Below, piece after piece: positions 55,950 through 64,000 of a stretch of 64,000 bases of DNA. The DNA lies in assembly GCF_009914755.1 (NCBI RefSeq), contig NC_060929.1; one strand, written 5' to 3'. Each line of letters starts with the position of its first letter. The stretch's first letter is position 1. A program made the position numbers and the translations under genes. This stretch comes from the human T2T-CHM13v2.0 reference genome, Homo sapiens. Below the pieces are notes generated by a model. That model saw nothing but the letters and a program-made list of their open reading frames with translations, did no database searches and was not told where the DNA came from.

Positions 55950-56401
55950 AGCCATATAATTCTTAAAGTGTCAGATGCCAGAGGCCAACTTTAGATTTTT
56001 GTCAACATCTCTCTTAGAGGAGTGGACAAGTAAAACATAACACAACTACAAATTAATAACAGCAGTGATCCTTTTTTGCTCAACCAAGACCTCAGCAATT
56101 GTGGTTGGAAAAAAGATCACGGTGGAATGACTGTTAGCAAACTACACTTGGGATCTGAGAGTATAAATCTGCATGGCACAGAGTAGGAGGCCTTGAGTAG
56201 GTTTCTATCTCTGGAACAGAACTATATAGTAAAACTCTCTACATCAATGTTAGCATACCTGTTTCAAAATCAAGACAACAGGCAAATTCAAGGAGTGTGG
56301 AAAGTATTGAGATGACTAAACAAGGATGGAAGTAAAACTGAGAACAGACACATTACAAAGCCAATCTTATATACAGGTTTTAATAAGACTAGAGCTTTGG
56401 T

Positions 56402-56753
<352 letters not shown>

Positions 56754-57086
56754 TCACAGACAGCTGAATACTACTACCAATATAACAAAATCCACTAATT
56801 CTAGAAATTTACCCACACACACGCTTTAACAAATGCTTTAGTTAATTTATTTGCATAACTTCAAATACATTATCGCTGAGTTTTTCTGCCATGATTATAT
56901 TATTATATGGTATCAAAAAAGCTAATGAAGTGGTAGCACCGACTCAAACTATTACATTTACAGCATTAAAAAGATAATTTCTCTAATTGAGGTAAATAGC
57001 AAAGTAGTTTTAGATTGCTTATCATAAAAACAATGATCAAAATGAAAAGAAAAAGTTATTCCAATCAATTTTAAGCCAAAACTATT

Positions 57087-57112
57087 GTGTGTGTGTGTGT
57101 GTGTGTGTGTGT
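57087..57112. repeat. (TG)n microsatellite
   Basis: Directly visible. Confidence 0.95.
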
Positions 57113-59034
57113 AGTAATAATGGTAGTTGTAGCTGCTGTCATAGCAGTAGAGATTGCTGTTGTAGTAGCAGCAATAGAGTTGCATCCTTAACAAGGGTTA
57201 AATCAGAGATAGGGTTTGGAGACAGAGGGTAGAGTTACAATTGTACATGGTCAAATTTAATTGCCCTGGACTGGAAATTAATACACCAATTCCCAATTCA
57301 ATAAAACAATTTTTTTTCAACAGCACAGACTCAGAAGATATTTAATTTAATATCTATTTGGAAGCAAATGTCACTGCTTATACTCAAATACATGTCCAAA
57401 CTTAAGAGAACAATGCCTATTTCCTAATATACAACCCACCCTTTGTCACCTGAAATGTTTTACTGAACTGTCTGAACCTTGGTGTAAAGTGGGAGTTGCT
57501 AAAAAAAATAGATTAGAGAACTTTATAAGCAGATATAATAATAGGTTATAGAACTGTATAAGTGTTATCTATTAGGTTCTTAACTATGAGCTGACTGCAA
57601 AGTTATCCAACAAGTAGACTGTAACCTCTAGAAAGAGAGAAAAGGTCTGACTGATTTTCTATATCCTCATGGGACATAAATGTACGTGTGTGTGTGTGTG
57701 GGTGCGTGAATATACTTAAAATCATATAACAAGACTTAACTTTTTATCATGGAACAATAAAAGCAATTAATCTTCCATGTACCACAAAATCTTAATCAAT
57801 GCTTAAAAAGTATCTCACAGACCACATTATGTGACTTTACAGTTAAACAAGGTAATAATTAATACAAACTAGAAGAGCAATAAAACAAACAAAAAGTAAA
57901 CCTATTCAACTATATATTTGTCCCAAGCCTGCAAAACACATATTGGACCCAAAAGTACATCAAACTTTAACTAAAAACAAACAATTTATCTGTTAACAAA
58001 AATAACAATTTCACAAGACCTAAAATATTCAAAGCTGTACTCAAAGAAAAAAATTATACTATTGAGAAAATTTTATTTGTGAAAGCATACTTTTATTATT
58101 AAGCTAGACACTAAAAGAACTAAGAAATTAAAATAAGTAATATATGATAGTAAACAATATTATAAATAAAGCAGGGATCAACAAAGATGAAAGTTGGAAG
58201 TAATCTGCTATAACAAACTCAAAAAATAAATAACCACTAGAATTTAGAAGTAAAACCAAAGACCGGCTTTTTGAACAGAATAATAATCAACTGATTGTAA
58301 AGAAGAAATGAGAATAATTAATATATTTTAAGGAAATCAAGAAATATATTGAAGTAGTAGTATCATTTCAACAGTGATTACTCTGAGGAAATAGTGAATG
58401 TTTTTAAGTTTACCGATGCATTGGAAGTTGGAAATGAAATTGTTTAAAGCCTTTTTATTGTCTTAAGTGCTGAGTTTTCAAATAAGAACAATAAATATAT
58501 TCTCCCTTTGAAAATTGTCAATCTGCTAATTTCATATGGACTAATTTAAAAAAATTGTAAGTAATAATTGAAAAGTGGCATAAAAAGTAATTCTTTACTA
58601 TGAATTGAAAAATCAAGTGATTTAAAACACGTTATTTTAAATTTTAATTTGTCCTGTATGTGTTATGCATTTGTTGCTAGTGATGATCATGTTTGTGAGG
58701 AAGACAAAAATAATAATTTCAAACACTTTCTAGACACCGATATAATCTAAACTTAAATGTTTATAAATTATATCTATGTTTTATATCATCTGAATTATAC
58801 TTAGTTAATTATATACCAATTTATAATAATTTACTTTATTGGATAAATACAAGTTTTGATTTATTTTGGGTGAATACATTTAAAAATATTTATATTATAT
58901 ATTGTTTTCACCCATAAATGTCAATTGATGTAAATATCGATTCTCATGAATATATCATAAAGATTTTTTTAAGATGCAATGCAATGTTTATGATTAATTT
59001 AAAACATTTCTCATTGTAGCCTAAAGTAACTTGA

Positions 59035-59357
<323 letters not shown>

Positions 59358-59859
59358 CTCTAATTGCATTTTGTATTTTCTTGACATTATTCTGTCTTTT
59401 CTAATCTTTCAGTAACTCTAATGTTTGGTATAATTTTTCATGTCTAGCCATACTGCATATTTTTTGGCTTGAAATTATCTCCTGGCACATCGTTGTGGAG
59501 TCCAATTTCAATCTTTCCTTACAAGAGAAGACCCAAACCAACAGATTTTACTTGACCTAGAGATATACTCTATTGCCTTGTAGTTTGGTTTAGTTTGAAT
59601 TAACTACCAACATGTAATTTACAGTATATCATGTACACATTAATATGTCAAATTTGTCTTGAAAAATTCAAATACCTGGCAAAATAGGGCCCTAATACTC
59701 ATGACATTTTAAAAATCCAAAGCTGATGAGAGTCTCTGTTATGTTTTAGATCTTAATTTCCAGCACTCTAAGTTGCCTTAAGCATCACTGCGTCATCCAT
59801 TCATTTACATGATCCATCTGACCTTTGTAAGAATCTGAGTCTAGAAGAATCCATCATCA

Positions 59860-60764
59860 GAGGAGGAGCCAAGATGGCCGAATAGGAACAGCTCTGGTCT
59901 ACAGCTCCCAGCATGAGTGATGCAGAAGACAGGTGATTTCTGCATTTCCATCTGAGGTACCGGGTTCATCTCACTAGGGAGTGCCAGAGAGTGGGCGCAG
60001 GTCAGTGGGTGCGCGCACCGTGCACGAGCTGAAGCAGGGCGAGGCATTGCCTCACTCGGGAAGCACAAGGGGTCAGGGAGTTCCCTTTCCTAGTCAAAGA
60101 AAGGGGTGACAGACGGCACCTGGAAAATAGGGTCACTCCCACCCGAATACTGCGCTTTTCTGACAGGCTCAAAAAACGGTGCACCAGGAGATTATATCCC
60201 GCACATGGCATCCGAGGGTCCTATGCCCATGGAGTCTCACTGATTGCTAGCACAGCAGTCTGAGATCAAACTGCAAGGCGGCAGCGAGGCTGGGGGAGGG
60301 GCGCCCGCCATTGCCCAGGCTTGCTTAGGTAAACAAAGCAGCCAGGAAGCTGGAACTGGGTGGAGCCCACCACAGCTCAAGGAGGCCTGCCTGCCTCTGT
60401 AGGCTCCACCTCTGGGGGCAGGCACAGACAAACAAAAAGACAGCAGTAACCTCTGCAGACTTAAATGTCCCTGTCTGACAGCTTTGAAGAGAGCAGTGGT
60501 TCTCCCAGCATGCAGCTGGAGATCTGAGAACAGGCAGACTGCCTCCTAAGCGGGTCCCTGACCCCTGACCCCCGAGCAGCCTAACTGGGAGGCACCCCCC
60601 AGCAGGGGCAGACTGACACCTCACATGGCCGGGTACTCCAGCAGACCTGCAGCTGAGGGTCCTGTCTGTTAGAAGGAAAACTAACAAACAGAAAGGACAT
60701 CCACACCAAAAACCCATCTGTACATCACCATCATCAAAGACCAAAAGTAGATAAAACCACAAAG
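59860..60764 (+). promoter_or_regulatory. L1 5'UTR internal sense/antisense promoter with YY1 site (caagatggcc, 59870-59879)
   Basis: Canonical L1PA 5'UTR sequence; many CpGs decayed to TG/CA. Confidence 0.85.
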
Positions 60765-61782
60765 ATGGGGAAAAAACAGAGCAGAAAAACTGGAAACTCT
60801 AAAAAACAGAGCGCCTCTCCTCCTCCAAAGGAATGCAGTTCCTCACCAGCAACGGAACAAAGCTGGATGGAGAATGACTTTGACAAGCTGAGAGAAGAAG
60901 GCTTCAGACGATCAAATTACTCTGAGCTACGGGAGGACATTCAAACCAAAGGCAAAGAAGTTGAAAACTTTGAAAAAAGTTTAGAAGAATGTATAACTAG
61001 AATAACCAATACAGAGAAGTGCTTAAAGGAGCTAATGGAGCTGAAAACCAAGGCTCAAGAACTACGTAAAGAACGCAGAAGCCTCAGGTGCCGATGCAAT
61101 CAACTGGAAGAAAGGTTATCAGTGATGGAAGATGAAGTGAATGAAATGAAGCGAGAAGGGAAGGTTAGAGAAAAAAAGAATAAAAAGAAATGAGCAAAGC
61201 CTCCAAGAAATATGGGACTATGTGAAAAGACCAAATCTACGTCTGATTGGTGTACCTGAAAGTGACGGGGAGAATGGAACCAAGTTAGAAGACACTCTGC
61301 AAGATATTATCCAGGAGAACTTCCCCAATCTAGCAAGGCAGGCCAACATTCAGATTCAGGAAATACAGAGAATGCCACAAAGATACTCCTCGAGAAGAGC
61401 AACTCCAAGACACATAATTGTCAGATTCACCAAAGTTGAAATGAAGGAAAAAATGTTAAGGGCAGCCAGAGAGAAAGGTCGGGTTACCCACAAAGGGAAG
61501 CCCATCAGATTAACAGCGGATCTCTCGGCAGAAACCCTACAAGCCAGAAGAGAGTGGGGGCCAATATTCAACATTCTTAAAGAAAAGAATTTTCAACCCA
61601 GAATTTCATATCCAGCCAAACTAAGCTTCATAAGTGAAGGAGAAATAAAATACTTTACAGACAAGCAAATGCTGAGAGATTTTGTCACCACCAGGCCTGC
61701 CCTAAAAGAGCTCCTGAAGGAAGCTCTAAACATGGAAAGGAACAACCGGTACCAGCCGCTGCAAAATCATGCCAAAATGTAA
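60765..61782 (+). pseudogene. L1 ORF1p, frameshifted in the A-run near 61171
   Basis: MGKKQSRKTGNSK... (60765-61193) and KRPNLRLIGVPESDGENG...QNHAKM (61222-61782) lie in different frames. Confidence 0.95.
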
Positions 61783-61830
61783 AGACCGTTGAGACTAGGA
61801 AGAAACTGCATGAACTAACAAGCAAAATAA

Positions 61831-64000
<2,170 letters not shown>

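Overview
AT-rich, repeat-dense primate genomic DNA, most likely great ape or human: it carries AluY and an L1PA3-type element with the 129-bp 5'UTR deletion. It reads as intergenic or deep intronic sequence, and I found no host protein-coding gene. Every ORF in the supplied track is explained by L1, Alu, MaLR-internal or microsatellite sequence, or is short and unsupported. Contents: about 15 Alu/FLAM copies; several old L1M and younger L1PA LINEs, three of them with twin-priming inversions; a complete THE1 element (LTR-int-LTR); many solo MaLR LTRs; MER2, Tigger3, MER58 and MADE1 DNA transposons; and a 5'-intact but frameshifted L1PA3 running off the right end. The most notable items outside routine repeat annotation are: (1) a 117-bp mitochondrial CYTB fragment (NUMT) inside an MLT1 LTR at 45258-45374; (2) an L1PA insertion flanked by a ~200-bp direct duplication; (3) a 56-bp-stem inverted duplication inside an L1 3' end; (4) a 26-bp minisatellite built from CACGTG-centred 22-bp palindromes; (5) a perfect AT-rich palindrome next to an Alu tail; (6) a CTCF/YY1 motif cluster in unique sequence. 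I see no evidence of a new multi-gene biological system. Repeat subfamily names come from recalled consensus sequences, and boundaries of old repeats are approximate.
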